The notes beneath the pieces were generated by a model. That model saw only the letters and a list, made by a program, of their open reading frames with translations. It was not told the DNA's origin and made no database searches. This document shows, piece by piece, positions 18,702 to 28,497 of a DNA stretch of 64,000 nt. A program made the position numbers and the translations under genes. Origin of the DNA: Enterococcus phage AllMyExes; sequence record PV544171.1; one strand, 5' to 3'. Within the stretch, counting starts at the first letter, position 1; each line of letters begins with the position of its first letter.

Positions 18702-21077
18702 TTGAAAATTCTATTCTTACAAGAGTATATTAGAGAAAATCATGTCCATAATGGAAAGAACGGACAAACAGTTGATTTTAAAAGAACAGAAATGGGTAAA
18801 AAACTCACGGGTCTGTTAAATACAATAGGGCTGACAGGTAGGGACTATGCTGTAGACTATGTGTACGACATGATTCCGGAAGTACAGAAAGTTAACCCTA
18901 GAACAGGTAAACCAATTAAGTATAAGACACCTACGTTAAGACAGCGTAAAGAACCAGAGGAACGGTTACTCAGACGTTTAATGAAATACAAACCAGATAT
19001 TATCATCCCAATGGGGGAGATGGGTTGTAAAAATTTATTAGGAAGTACTTCTATCACAAAGAATAGAGGAGTACCAACTAAGAAAACAATTACGAATGAG
19101 AACATACTGAGAACGGCTGATGAGCAAGGACTTGAGGTAGACGAAGTAGTAGACTCTTTTGAAACTTGGGTACTACCTATGTTTAGTATGGAATACTGGA
19201 CAGCTAACCCAAACATTGAGAACTTTATCATGGCGGATATTGATACATTGGGTAAGTTTGTTCAAGAAGGGGAACAAGCATTTATACCTAAAAAAGTAGA
19301 TTACGAATTTGTTGATAACATTGAACGTGTAAGACAAATTTTCGGTTTTTTAGACAAAACGAAGCCAGTAACTGCATGGGACTTGGAGACAAATAGTTTA
19401 CGTGGTGACTTATTAGGAGCTAAGCCTCTTGTAATGTCTATGAGTTGGCTAGAGGGGCAAGGTGTGACTATACCGTTAGAACACCATGAAGCTAAATGGA
19501 GCCCAGAAGAACTTAACGAAATATATGACTTATTTGAGAAGTTTTTAGCGGACAGACAGCAACCAAAAGTAGGACAAAATATCCAGTTCGATATTAGATT
19601 CTTAATGAACACAAAAGGATTTACAGAGTTTGAAGACAACAGAGATACAAAAATTGCTTACTATCTAATTGTTTCTCAGAAAGTAGACACTTCAAAACGA
19701 CTATCCGATATTGCATATGAATTAACAGATATGGGAGGCTATGACGAACCGTTAGAGCAGTATAAAAAACAGTATAAAGAGGACTATATTGCTCGTAAGA
19801 AAGCAGAGATTGATGCTTTCAAAGAAGCTGAAAAAGAACGAGTAGAGGGTGAGTTCAAGATAGCAATGGATAGATATAAGCAAGAAGTTAAAGAAGCTAA
19901 GCTTATTGGTAAACCTACTAAGTCCATTATTAAACCAGTAAAAGAAAAAGTTGTAGTACCTAAGAAATCGGATATTAAACTTATTAATGAGATTGACGGT
20001 GGTAACTTTAACTACGACTGGATTCCATTAGAAATTATGCACCCATATGCTAGTGGAGATGTCGATTGCTGTCTACGTATCTATAATGTTCTATATAAAC
20101 GAATTGAGGAACATCCTAAGATGTTGGGATTATGGTTGGGCTTTTATCCTAGACTAACAGCAACATTAGCACACATCGAGGCTTCTGGTGTTCTATTAGA
20201 CTCTGAATACGCAGAATTAGTAGAGAACATCTATACAGAAGAAGAACATCGGTTGCTTAATGAAATTAGAAAGTTACCAGAAGTAAAAGAAGTAGAAGAT
20301 GAACATATGATGTTCTACAAAGAGGGGCTTAAAGAAATGACAAAGCCTGTCAAAGATAGAGATGCCTCTGTTGCCAGACTACGAGATAAATATAAAATTA
20401 CTGATAGTGAGAACAAAGTACATTTTAAACCAAGTTCGTCTGAACATAAGGGTAGACTGCTATTTAAAGTAATGGGACTTACACTACCTTATGATAAAGA
20501 ATCTATTAAAAAAGAAACTTTTGACAATGGGGTACCAGAACATCAGCTAACATGGAGAGATTATAAAACAGATAAACATGCACTAGCTTATATTGCAGAA
20601 AATTATCCAGAGGCTAAACATGTTGCTGAACTTTTGCTAGAGTATTCTAAAGTAAACACACTAAAAAATAACTTTGCTCAAAAGTTACCTAAATTAGCAT
20701 CTAACAAAGATGGCATGATTCATGGTTCATATAACAGTACAGGTACAGAATCTACACGATTGAGTGCAAACAACCCGAATATGCAACAATTAAGTAGTAA
20801 GGTTGGAGACCCTAGACGTTTTGACTATAAATATCCAATTAAACGTTTATTTAGAACAAGATTTGAGGGAGGCGGAATGCTACAACTAGACTACTCCGCC
20901 CTAGAAATGCGTATTTTAGGTTTGATTGCAAAAGATAAAGCAATGACACAAGCATTTATTAATGGTGAAGATATGCATGAGGCAACTGCATCTCTTGTAT
21001 GGAAGTTACCTAAAGATAATGTACCAAAAGATATGCGACAACGTGCGAAGAGTGTCAACTTCGGCATCGCTTACGGT
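18702..21077 (+). CDS. Family-A DNA polymerase (Pol I-like), exon 1 (3'-5' exo and N-terminal polymerase domains to motif B)
   Basis: It has a TTG start. It ends in motif B, RQRAKSVNFGIAYG. The reading frame then runs into a stop at 21102, while the Pol I homology resumes about 450 nt downstream in another frame. The exon boundary is approximate, within about 10 nt. Confidence 0.8.
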
Positions 21078-21531
21078 AAACACAATTGCCGTCTTGTAGC
21101 GTAAGCTACTCGATTAAACTTACCTAAACGGGCATAGCTGAATAATCAATAAGCTGATAAGAGAACCTAAGTCCTGAAAAGGATAGAGGCAATCCCGTGC
21201 TAAGTTGCTATAGTAAAAGAAGAGTGTAGGTAGCTAGAATACTTACAGGGTAGTGACGTATGTGGTGTACTGGTAAGCACTGCATATCTGAACCTTTATA
21301 GGGTTATGTGTGAACTCCTCAAACCAGTAAAGAAAACACACTATAGCATAAATGCCGAACGACTATCGAAAAGTGAGTAGCTGTCGAGAGGACACCTACA
21401 ATATAACTGAGTAGAGTACACCAACAGGTGGAAATGGTAAGGCTCCTAGAGTAACGACTAGGAGCGTGATATAGTCTAAGCCCCTAATAAATATCGGGAA
21501 ACCGAGGGTATAACTGGAAAGTCCTTTTTCA
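21078..21531 (+). other. Group I self-splicing intron (ORF-less) interrupting the DNA polymerase gene
   Basis: The segment is about 450 nt with no ORF. A candidate P7 pairing, acgacuag ... auagucuaag, lies near 21455-21480. Pol I homology is continuous across it, ...NFGIAYG | I(A/S)PKLGVTVEEAERIFEEYF.... SPO1-family phages are known to carry group I introns in the polymerase gene. Boundaries are approximate. Confidence 0.7.
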
Positions 21532-22212
21532 ATTGCACCTAAGTTAGGTGTAACTGTAGAAGAAGCAGAGCGTATTTTTGAAGAGTACTTTGCAAGTAAG
21601 CCAAGTATTAAACAATTTATTGAAGAGACACATCAATTTGCTCAACGTTATGGCTACGTAGAAACACTACAAGGACATCGTAGACTATTGCGTGACTCAT
21701 TCTCTAAAGATAAGAAAGTATTTAATGGCGCAATGCGTAAATCAGTAAATACAATCATTCAAGGAACTGGTGCCTACTTAACTAACCTATCAATGGTATA
21801 CATTGACGAGTATATCAGAAAACACAATAAGCGTTCACGTATTGTTATCACTGTACATGACTCACTTGTTATTGATTGCCCACGTGATGAAGTGGACGAG
21901 ATGGCAAAAGTGGCTAAATATATTATGGAGAACTTGCCAATTGATTTCTTAATGATTGAGTGGGAAGGTAAAGAGATGCGTTACCCTATTGTGGCAGATG
22001 TAGAGATTGGGGAGAATTACAATGATATGGTTGATTATGATGCAGAAATTATCAACGAGTTTGCTTCTTACCGAGGATACGTAAAATACTTCAAAGACCA
22101 AGCTAAGATTAAAGATTACTATGATAACAAACTTATCTCAGAAGAGCAAAAAGACCAAGGTATCAAAGTTATCCAAGATGCAATAGAGTCATATAAACAA
22201 ATGACAATTTAA
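21532..22212 (+). CDS. Family-A DNA polymerase, exon 2 (motif C / C-terminal palm-thumb)
   Basis: The in-frame sequence IAPKLGVTVEEAERIFEEYFASKPSIKQFIEETHQFAQRYGYVETLQGHRR begins upstream of the first ATG at 21688. Motif C is VITVHDSLVID. The frame ends at 22212. Confidence 0.75.
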   Translation: MAPKLGVTVEEAERIFEEYFASKPSIKQFIEETHQFAQRYGYVETLQGHRRLLRDSFSKDKKVFNGAMRKSVNTIIQGTGAYLTNLSMVYIDEYIRKHNKRSRIVITVHDSLVIDCPRDEVDEMAKVAKYIMENLPIDFLMIEWEGKEMRYPIVADVEIGENYNDMVDYDAEIINEFASYRGYVKYFKDQAKIKDYYDNKLISEEQKDQGIKVIQDAIESYKQMTI

Positions 22213-22234
22213 TAAAAAAATGTTAAAAATAGCT

Positions 22235-22263
22235 TGACTATTGACGTATAGTATGTTATTATA
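22235..22263 (+). promoter_or_regulatory. Sigma-A-type promoter (TTGACT-17-TATTAT)
   Basis: TTGACT is at 22235-22240 and TATTAT at 22258-22263. Confidence 0.5.
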
Positions 22264-22314
22264 ATATGGCAGACAAGTTTTCTGTATTAATACAAGAAGG
22301 GGGAGTTAGAGAGT

Positions 22315-22857
22315 GTGCTTAATTTACGAGTAGATGATTTAGAGTTCAAAACAATTAAAATTATTGATGATAACGGAGAAGTTGTGACACATGATTTACA
22401 AACAGAGTTACAAGTCAATGAATTTAATGTGAGAACAGCATTTTTAGAGCAACCTGCTAAGTATACTTATTGGACTTCGATACTAGAGCGCTTGCGCATG
22501 TATCAAGAAAACTATGAGTTAAAAGCAGAGAAGAAGAAAGCAGAACTATATGAGCCTTCTCGGGTTGCCTTAATCAATCAAGGAGTAGCTAAACCTACAA
22601 AAGACCAGATTGAGGCACAGATTATGTTAGATGAAGACTATTACAAACTTAGACAGAGTATAGTTAACCTATCATTTAACGTGAGACAACTGCAATATAT
22701 AGTTAAAGCTTTTGAACAAAGAAAAGATATGCTTATTCAGTATGGAGCAGACCTTCGTAGGGAATATGAGTATAGCCAAAAGGTTAGTATGCCAGACCCA
22801 ATGAAAAATAAGGTAAATAATGGTTTCTCAGACTTTCAATGGAATTTAGAACAGTAA
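22315..22857 (+). CDS. Hypothetical protein (replication-module)
   Basis: A 180-aa ORF with a GTG start after the RBS aagaaggggg. Confidence 0.5.
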   Translation: MLNLRVDDLEFKTIKIIDDNGEVVTHDLQTELQVNEFNVRTAFLEQPAKYTYWTSILERLRMYQENYELKAEKKKAELYEPSRVALINQGVAKPTKDQIEAQIMLDEDYYKLRQSIVNLSFNVRQLQYIVKAFEQRKDMLIQYGADLRREYEYSQKVSMPDPMKNKVNNGFSDFQWNLEQ

Positions 22858-22912
22858 AATTAGTGATAAAAAAAATAATATAATATAAAAAAATAGAAAT
22901 GGAGAAATTTAA

Positions 22913-24202
22913 ATGAATTTTCAAGAACAATTACAACAACAATTAAAACAACAAAATATTGGAGAACGTGAAGCGGTAGACTACCCATCAAATCATTTAA
23001 AACATAAAGAATTATACTTCCCTAAAGCAGAAAATGGTCAACCATCAACTCTATATGTACGTGTGTTACCTCCTGCAGTACCGGGAGAAAACTATAATGT
23101 TAGCGCTCGTGAGGCATTCTTAACAACTCGTAATCGTAATGGTAAAGATTTAAAGAGCAACTTTATCTTTTCAGAACACCCTAATGCAGAAGACATCTTA
23201 GAACAAGCTATGATTCGTTGGAACGCAGAAAATCGTGTACCAAACCCTTATAGCCGTAATACAAAACCTCGTCAACGTTACTACGTTAACGTAGTGCAGT
23301 TAATTATTAACCAACAAACAGGAGAAGTTAGCTACGAAACAGATTCTAATGGTCAGCTAATGGTTCGTTTACTTAAGTTACCACAAACAGCTTGCATGGC
23401 TATTAATGAGAGCTTAAGTAACCCAATGTTACGTCCACAGTTTTCACCTGATGTACCAGAAGAAGTAGCACAATACAGCTTCATCTCTTCTGCAGATGCG
23501 TTCCCTATTTCAATTACAAAACCACCACGTAGTAACAAACCTACTTCGTACAATGTACAAGTGATTAGTAATCGTAGCTTAGGTGCATTACCACAAGGTT
23601 GGGAAAACTTATTAGAAGACTTGAAATACCAAGCTACACCTTCTGTAGAGTATAATCGTGAGTTTATTGAGTACTTTATTGATGTAGTAGACGGGAAAGA
23701 ACCTGTGCATCAAGGAGCTCAAAGTCAAGGAACCCAAGCTCCACAATTTAATCAGCAACCAGTACAGCCTCAATTTAATCAACAGCCTGTACAACCACAA
23801 TTTAACCAACAACCTGTACAACCAATGCAACAAAATACTGGTTGGTCGCCACAGCAAAGCCAACCACAACAACCTGCTACAGGTTTTAACGCAACGAACA
23901 TGGGGACACCTCCAAACATTAATGGAGGGTTTAACCAACAACCTGTACAACAACCTGTACAACAGCAACAACCGATGGGTTCTTTCAATGAACAACCAGT
24001 GACAGACCCTTCCACCATTTCTGATGCGGATATGCCTTTCAATATGCAGTCCATGCCTGATGTATCACCACAACAAAATGCTGTACCTGAGCAACCTGTG
24101 ACTAATACACCAGAGCCAGTCAGCCAACCAGTTGTTAACCAACAGCCAAATAACACACCTAGTGTAGACGACCTATTAGCAGGTATGGTAGGCAACGTTT
24201 AA
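22913..24202 (+). CDS. Putative single-stranded DNA-binding protein with Q/P-rich low-complexity C-terminal half
   Basis: It is 429 aa. It sits between the polymerase and RecA genes. The C-terminal half carries a tandem QFNQQPVQP x3 repeat and an acidic 'SDADMPF' motif that resembles the SSB 'DDDIPF' tail. The assignment is tentative. Confidence 0.35.
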   Translation: MNFQEQLQQQLKQQNIGEREAVDYPSNHLKHKELYFPKAENGQPSTLYVRVLPPAVPGENYNVSAREAFLTTRNRNGKDLKSNFIFSEHPNAEDILEQAMIRWNAENRVPNPYSRNTKPRQRYYVNVVQLIINQQTGEVSYETDSNGQLMVRLLKLPQTACMAINESLSNPMLRPQFSPDVPEEVAQYSFISSADAFPISITKPPRSNKPTSYNVQVISNRSLGALPQGWENLLEDLKYQATPSVEYNREFIEYFIDVVDGKEPVHQGAQSQGTQAPQFNQQPVQPQFNQQPVQPQFNQQPVQPMQQNTGWSPQQSQPQQPATGFNATNMGTPPNINGGFNQQPVQQPVQQQQPMGSFNEQPVTDPSTISDADMPFNMQSMPDVSPQQNAVPEQPVTNTPEPVSQPVVNQQPNNTPSVDDLLAGMVGNV

Positions 24203-24220
24203 CAATAATGAAACAGTTAG

Positions 24221-24242
24221 GAGGGGCATACTGCCCCTTTTA
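24221..24242 (+). terminator. Rho-independent terminator
   Basis: The hairpin aggggca-tac-tgcccct is followed by ttt. Confidence 0.6.
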
Positions 24243-24286
24243 ATTCTGTGTTAACTATCCAAAATATTTAGTAGGAGTGAATAATA

Positions 24287-25534
24287 TTGGCAAGAAAAAG
24301 AAAAAGTGAAGAAATAGATTTTGGAACTATCGATTTGACAAAAGAGGTAGGGCTAACTACATTTACGGACACAAAGTTCTCTAATGTATCAGACAGACTA
24401 CCAACAATGATTCCACAACTTGATTACATTTTAGGTGGAGGATTGCCATTTGGACGTATGGTCGAGGTCTTTGGTAAGAACTCTAGTGGTAAGTCCACTT
24501 TAGCAGTTCATCTGACAAAGGTAGCACAGATGCTAGATGTACCAACTGTATGGATTGACGTTGAGGGTACCGCAGACCCAGAACGCTTAGCAGAATTAGG
24601 AGTAGACTTTAGTGCAGGCGGGGTATTCATGGTAGAACCTAAACAGAACAAAGACGGTAGTAAGGATACAATCACGGTAGAACGTGTAGCAGAAGAGTTA
24701 CAACGACTTCTACCAGTATTCAGTAAGCTTGGAAAACCTGTATTAATTATTTGGGACTCGGTAGCGCAAACAGCTTCTGAGAAAGAGTTAGAAAAAGGTG
24801 TAGGTAACCAACAGCCCGGAATTAAGGCAAAAGCAATGGCACAGTTTGCTCAAATCATTGCACCTTTAATGACAAACTCAAAAGCATTATTTATTGCTAT
24901 TAACCAAGCACGTGATGAGCTAGGTAGTATGTTTGGTGGAGTAGATTCCCCCGGAGGACACGCCTTACATCACTGGGCTAGCTTACGATTAGAAGTAGTT
25001 AAAGCAAGTCAGATTAAGAATAAAGAGCTGAATGCATTCGGTGCGGAGGAAGAGACTTATGTAGGGCATATTCTACGTGTTAAAACGGCAAAATCAAAAG
25101 TGTCTCGTCCTAATCAAAAAGCGGAAATGTATTTAATGTCAGATACAGGTCTGAACTTAGAGGAAAACATTTATCGTTCATGTTTTGCAACTAATAAGCA
25201 GTATGCTTTGATTAGTGGAGGCACATGGAAGTCTTATACAACGGATGCAGGACAAGAGATTAAATTCAATTCAGACAAAGCTTGGGTGGCTTATTTACGT
25301 TCAGAAGAGGGAAGACCTGTTCGAGACGAACTATTTGCTAAAATGATGGTACGCTCATTCCCACATCGTTATGCCCCATTTAATAATGAGGACGTGGACG
25401 TATGCAAAATTCCATTATATGAATTTACTAAAGAATATATGGAAAATCATAAGGAACAACCTAACCAAGCTACTAAAGAAGAAGTCCCCGAAACAGGAAC
25501 AGATGTTTCAGATTTACTTAAACAGGTAGACTAA
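24287..25534 (+). CDS. RecA/UvsX-like recombinase
   Basis: It has a TTG start. Walker A is FGKNSSGKSTLAV. Walker B-like LIIWDSVAQT is present. The loop-2-like segment is AINQARDELGSMFGG. Confidence 0.75.
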   Translation: MARKRKSEEIDFGTIDLTKEVGLTTFTDTKFSNVSDRLPTMIPQLDYILGGGLPFGRMVEVFGKNSSGKSTLAVHLTKVAQMLDVPTVWIDVEGTADPERLAELGVDFSAGGVFMVEPKQNKDGSKDTITVERVAEELQRLLPVFSKLGKPVLIIWDSVAQTASEKELEKGVGNQQPGIKAKAMAQFAQIIAPLMTNSKALFIAINQARDELGSMFGGVDSPGGHALHHWASLRLEVVKASQIKNKELNAFGAEEETYVGHILRVKTAKSKVSRPNQKAEMYLMSDTGLNLEENIYRSCFATNKQYALISGGTWKSYTTDAGQEIKFNSDKAWVAYLRSEEGRPVRDELFAKMMVRSFPHRYAPFNNEDVDVCKIPLYEFTKEYMENHKEQPNQATKEEVPETGTDVSDLLKQVD

Positions 25535-25540
25535 CAGATA

Positions 25541-25564
25541 AGGGGGCAATTAGCCCCTTTATTA
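25541..25564 (+). terminator. Rho-independent terminator (weak U-tract)
   Basis: The hairpin agggggc-aatta-gccccct is followed by ttatt. Confidence 0.5.
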
Positions 25565-25587
25565 GCTATAAAGGAGAGGAACTTATT

Positions 25588-25974
25588 TTGCGCAAAGGAC
25601 TAGCACCTAACCCATTTTTTGAAATATTAGAAAAACATCAAGACTCCTCTAAACGTACTATGACTATGAACAACAGTGGTACACCTAGTTCACTACAACC
25701 AATAAGAGATATGTTCTTAAAGGCAATGAGAGAAGGTAAGAGAGTCCTAATAGAGAACTCTGACTTAAGTAGTGCGAACTCTGTTGTTATAGAGATAGAA
25801 TATGTAGGTAATCGTTGGTGTTTAGGTTATCAACGAGTCTTATTTTATGGTATGGAGTTAAAAATACCACACACTATCCACTTCTGCGATGTATATGGAG
25901 CCTACGGGCACGATGCTCAGAAGGTTAAGAGACAAGTTAAGGTAGTGTTCGAGGGGGACAACCCTTTTGAGTAG
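25588..25974 (+). CDS. Hypothetical protein, putative late-transcription co-factor (gp33-like by position)
   Basis: It is 128 aa and overlaps the downstream sigma-like gene by 8 nt, which implies translational coupling. The function is inferred from position only. Confidence 0.35.
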   Translation: MRKGLAPNPFFEILEKHQDSSKRTMTMNNSGTPSSLQPIRDMFLKAMREGKRVLIENSDLSSANSVVIEIEYVGNRWCLGYQRVLFYGMELKIPHTIHFCDVYGAYGHDAQKVKRQVKVVFEGDNPFE

Positions 25975-26581
25975 AGATGTTCAAAAAGAGGAAAAAGAAA
26001 TACGTAATGGTAATCGGTTTATTACAGAGACTCATGGAAAAGGAGTGTTTCCTAGAGATGTAGACCGATTGTATCATAAGTATAGTAACCTTAGATATAA
26101 AGTCTATAACACTCATAAAGATTCGTTCAATAGTGAGGCTTCACGTAAGGAGCTCAAGAGCTATATTGATGAGCAATTTATAAAGTTAACAAAAGAGTAT
26201 GATATAAATGGAGAGGTAGACTTTCCGGGATATATTAAAAAAGCTCTGAATTTACGAGTAAGGCACAGCTATGTAAAAGGACGGTTCCGAGATACCGCTA
26301 GAGAACGTCTAGGCACCCAAGATAACGAAGTAGAGTTATTGTTAGGGATTGACGATAGCTCTCAGGCAGATATTGAGGATGCAGAACTTATTGAATCGTT
26401 ATTATCAAAAGCCAATTTTTCAGAAATTGAATTAGCAGTATTTCAGCAGTTAATTCAAGGAACAGTAAGGGATGCTCGTATTATTACTGAATTGTCAGAA
26501 AACTACGGGGTGTCTAAGAAAGCCGTAAAAGATGCTATAAAAAATGTTCGTGAGTTTGTCTTAATAAATTTAACAGATTAG
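25967..26581 (+). CDS. Phage sigma-70-family RNA polymerase sigma factor (gp34-like)
   Basis: It is 204 aa. The C-terminal region-4-like HTH reads ELAVFQQLIQGTVRDARIITELSENYGVSKKAVKDAIKNV. An N-terminal region-2-like aromatic segment is also present. Confidence 0.55.
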   Translation: MSRDVQKEEKEIRNGNRFITETHGKGVFPRDVDRLYHKYSNLRYKVYNTHKDSFNSEASRKELKSYIDEQFIKLTKEYDINGEVDFPGYIKKALNLRVRHSYVKGRFRDTARERLGTQDNEVELLLGIDDSSQADIEDAELIESLLSKANFSEIELAVFQQLIQGTVRDARIITELSENYGVSKKAVKDAIKNVREFVLINLTD

Positions 26582-26586
26582 AGTAA

Positions 26587-26650
26587 TACCTCCTTTATGT
26601 CTGCTATATTAGCAGTAGAAACATAAAGGAGGTATTTTTTAGTGGAACAA
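26587..26650 (+). terminator. Rho-independent terminator (long hairpin)
   Basis: The 14-bp stem tacctcctttatgt ... acataaaggaggta is followed by tttttt. Confidence 0.75.
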
Positions 26651-26917
26651 AACAACACTGGCAAGTATGCACCATTTATTCGTTTAATTGTGATGGGAAT
26701 CTCATTTGTAGCAACTGGTTTGACTACAATATTTGGTTGGGAACCTTTACCATTCACAGACGAACAAATGAACCAAGGTTTAATGTTAGTACTATCTGTA
26801 GGTCTTGCCATCTACAACTGGTACAAAAACAACGCTGTAACTTCTTATGGTAAAGCAAAAGAAGAAGCAGGAAAAGAAGTAGTCGGAACTAGACAAGACT
26901 TCAAAAACAGAGACTAA
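26642..26917 (+). CDS. Small membrane protein (2 predicted TM helices)
   Basis: It has a GTG start after aaggaggt. The hydrophobic segments are FIRLIVMGISFVATGLTTIFGW and LMLVLSVGLAIYNWY. Confidence 0.5.
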   Translation: MEQNNTGKYAPFIRLIVMGISFVATGLTTIFGWEPLPFTDEQMNQGLMLVLSVGLAIYNWYKNNAVTSYGKAKEEAGKEVVGTRQDFKNRD

Positions 26918-26964
26918 GTACGAGGGGTGTAACCCCTCCTTAGTTAATACAAAGGAGCTTCGAC

Positions 26965-27927
26965 ATGAAGATAGACGAGATAAGCAAATTAGAATTGCCT
27001 AATCTATTTGGAAAATTCCTTGTGGTAGAGACTATTTCGGATGGGTACACTGGAACCGTATCTGGTCACTATAACTACGAGATAGACCAAAAATCTGAGG
27101 AAACTTATATTTACCCTGTATTTTGGAATGATAAGCTTAACAAATTTATTAGGTCAGATGAATTAGTTGTATACACTAATAAAAATAAAGTATACTATGT
27201 TTGTAAAACAACTATAGACCCATATAATCATGCAGTAGTAGATGAGCTCACAGTAGAGGAAGGTATGGACAAAGATAAGCGTACCCTTCAAGCGTTTAAA
27301 CTTTTTGTAAATGACCTATTCTCATTTGGTAGCTACAATATCTTTCTAACAGGTAACCTATCATTAGAAAATAACCCTGATATTGTTCTAGTTAGTAGTG
27401 TATCATTAAACAAACAGACCGCTAAAATGTACACAGAACGGACATTAGAACTAACTGCTACGATTCTACCAGAGGGTGCTACAAACAAAAAAGTTAGTTT
27501 CTCAGTAGATAAACCAGAACTATTAGGGTTAACAGTCTCTGACAATAAAGCAACTGTCACAAGTAAAGATAAGGCAGGTACTGCAATTGTTACCGTAACT
27601 ACTGAGGACGGAGACCACACTGACAAGTGTACAATTCAGATAGAAGAATACATAAAAGTTACAGGAATTAATGTTAGTGGAGAATCTGCTTTAGAAAAAG
27701 GCAAGACGTACAAATTTACTGCTAGTATTGTACCTGATACTGCAACGAATCCTAAATTTACTTGGTCTTCTAGTAATGACACCATAGCTAGTGTTAACGC
27801 AAGTGGTGACGTTGTAGCTTTAGCATTAGGTGAAGCAGACATTATAGCAACAACTGAGGAAGGTAGCCATGTAGGTAAGGTACATGTTACCGTATCAGAC
27901 CCAGAACCAGTAGAACCAACTGAATAA
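26965..27927 (+). CDS. Bacterial Ig-like (Big_2) domain protein, probable virion decoration/adhesin
   Basis: Two Big_2-like repeats are present (TATILPEGATNKKVSFSVDKPELLGLTV...TAIVTVTTEDGDH and FTASIVPDTATNPKFTWSSSNDTIASVNASGDV). The N-terminal domain is paralogous to 27948..28391. Confidence 0.6.
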   Translation: MKIDEISKLELPNLFGKFLVVETISDGYTGTVSGHYNYEIDQKSEETYIYPVFWNDKLNKFIRSDELVVYTNKNKVYYVCKTTIDPYNHAVVDELTVEEGMDKDKRTLQAFKLFVNDLFSFGSYNIFLTGNLSLENNPDIVLVSSVSLNKQTAKMYTERTLELTATILPEGATNKKVSFSVDKPELLGLTVSDNKATVTSKDKAGTAIVTVTTEDGDHTDKCTIQIEEYIKVTGINVSGESALEKGKTYKFTASIVPDTATNPKFTWSSSNDTIASVNASGDVVALALGEADIIATTEEGSHVGKVHVTVSDPEPVEPTE

Positions 27928-27947
27928 CATAGAAAAGAGGAAAGAAA

Positions 27948-28391
27948 ATGGCTAAAGAAATATTAAATATTGAAGACCTGTTAAAACCAGAGACACTAGA
28001 AGTAGCAATAGATGGTAAATACCTTATTGTACCAACATTGTCGGATGGGTTTACAGGTACAGTAGCAGGTGGATATGCATATGCTGTTACAAAAAAAGGA
28101 ACAGACTATACAGTTAACGAATTAATTTATAACAAAAAGGATAATACATTTAAACCTTCTGATGAACCGATTATTATAACTGATGATAATGAAATATTCT
28201 TCATTACTCGTACATTAGAAGACCCATATAATTACCCTGTAGTTGCTACAGAGAAACTTAAAACTAAAGATGTAAAAGAAAAACAAGTTTTACAAGCGTT
28301 CTTAGCATTTGCTGATGACAGATTTAAGTTAGGTGTTTACAATGTGTTCTTAGCAGATGAACCATTTGTGTATGGGGACAAAACAGAATAG
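27948..28391 (+). CDS. Paralog of the N-terminal domain of the Ig-like protein
   Basis: Compare LIVPTLSDGFTGTVAGGYAYAVT...EDPYNYPVVATE...VLQAFLAFADDRFKLGVYNVFL with LVVETISDGYTGTVSGHYNYEID...IDPYNHAVVDE...TLQAFKLFVNDLFSFGSYNIFL. Confidence 0.6.
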   Translation: MAKEILNIEDLLKPETLEVAIDGKYLIVPTLSDGFTGTVAGGYAYAVTKKGTDYTVNELIYNKKDNTFKPSDEPIIITDDNEIFFITRTLEDPYNYPVVATEKLKTKDVKEKQVLQAFLAFADDRFKLGVYNVFLADEPFVYGDKTE

Positions 28392-28401
28392 TTTCATTAT
28401 A

Positions 28402-28429
28402 AGAGACCCGTTAAGGTCTCTTTTTTTTT
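28402..28429 (+). terminator. Rho-independent terminator
   Basis: The hairpin gagacc-cgttaa-ggtctc is followed by ttttttttt. Confidence 0.75.
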
Positions 28430-28439
28430 GTATATAGTG

Positions 28440-28468
28440 TTGACAATGTTGTAGTTTAGTTATATACT
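28440..28468 (+). promoter_or_regulatory. Sigma-A-type promoter (TTGACA-17-TATACT)
   Basis: TTGACA is at 28440-28445 and TATACT at 28463-28468. Confidence 0.6.
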
Positions 28469-28497
28469 ATACTTATACTGTATAAGGAGGTAACCAC

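Noticed and set aside
21078-21531. A homing endonuclease (HNH/GIY-YIG) ORF inside the polymerase intron.
   Set aside because: No ORF longer than about 30 codons lies in any frame of the intervening sequence. The intron appears ORF-less.
23612-24195. Minus-strand ORFs of 127 and 138 aa (Leu/Trp/Cys-rich).
   Set aside because: They are antisense to the Q/P-rich repeat region of the SSB-like gene (CAA/CAG/CCT repeats read in reverse). There are no start signals.
5254-26600. Hydroxymethyluracil pathway genes (dUMP hydroxymethylase / thymidylate-synthase fold, dCMP deaminase), expected if this were a strict SPO1 analogue.
   Set aside because: No ThyA-like motifs were recognised in any ORF of the replication module. 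Only a dUTPase-like protein was seen. These genes are absent from this window or too diverged to see by eye.
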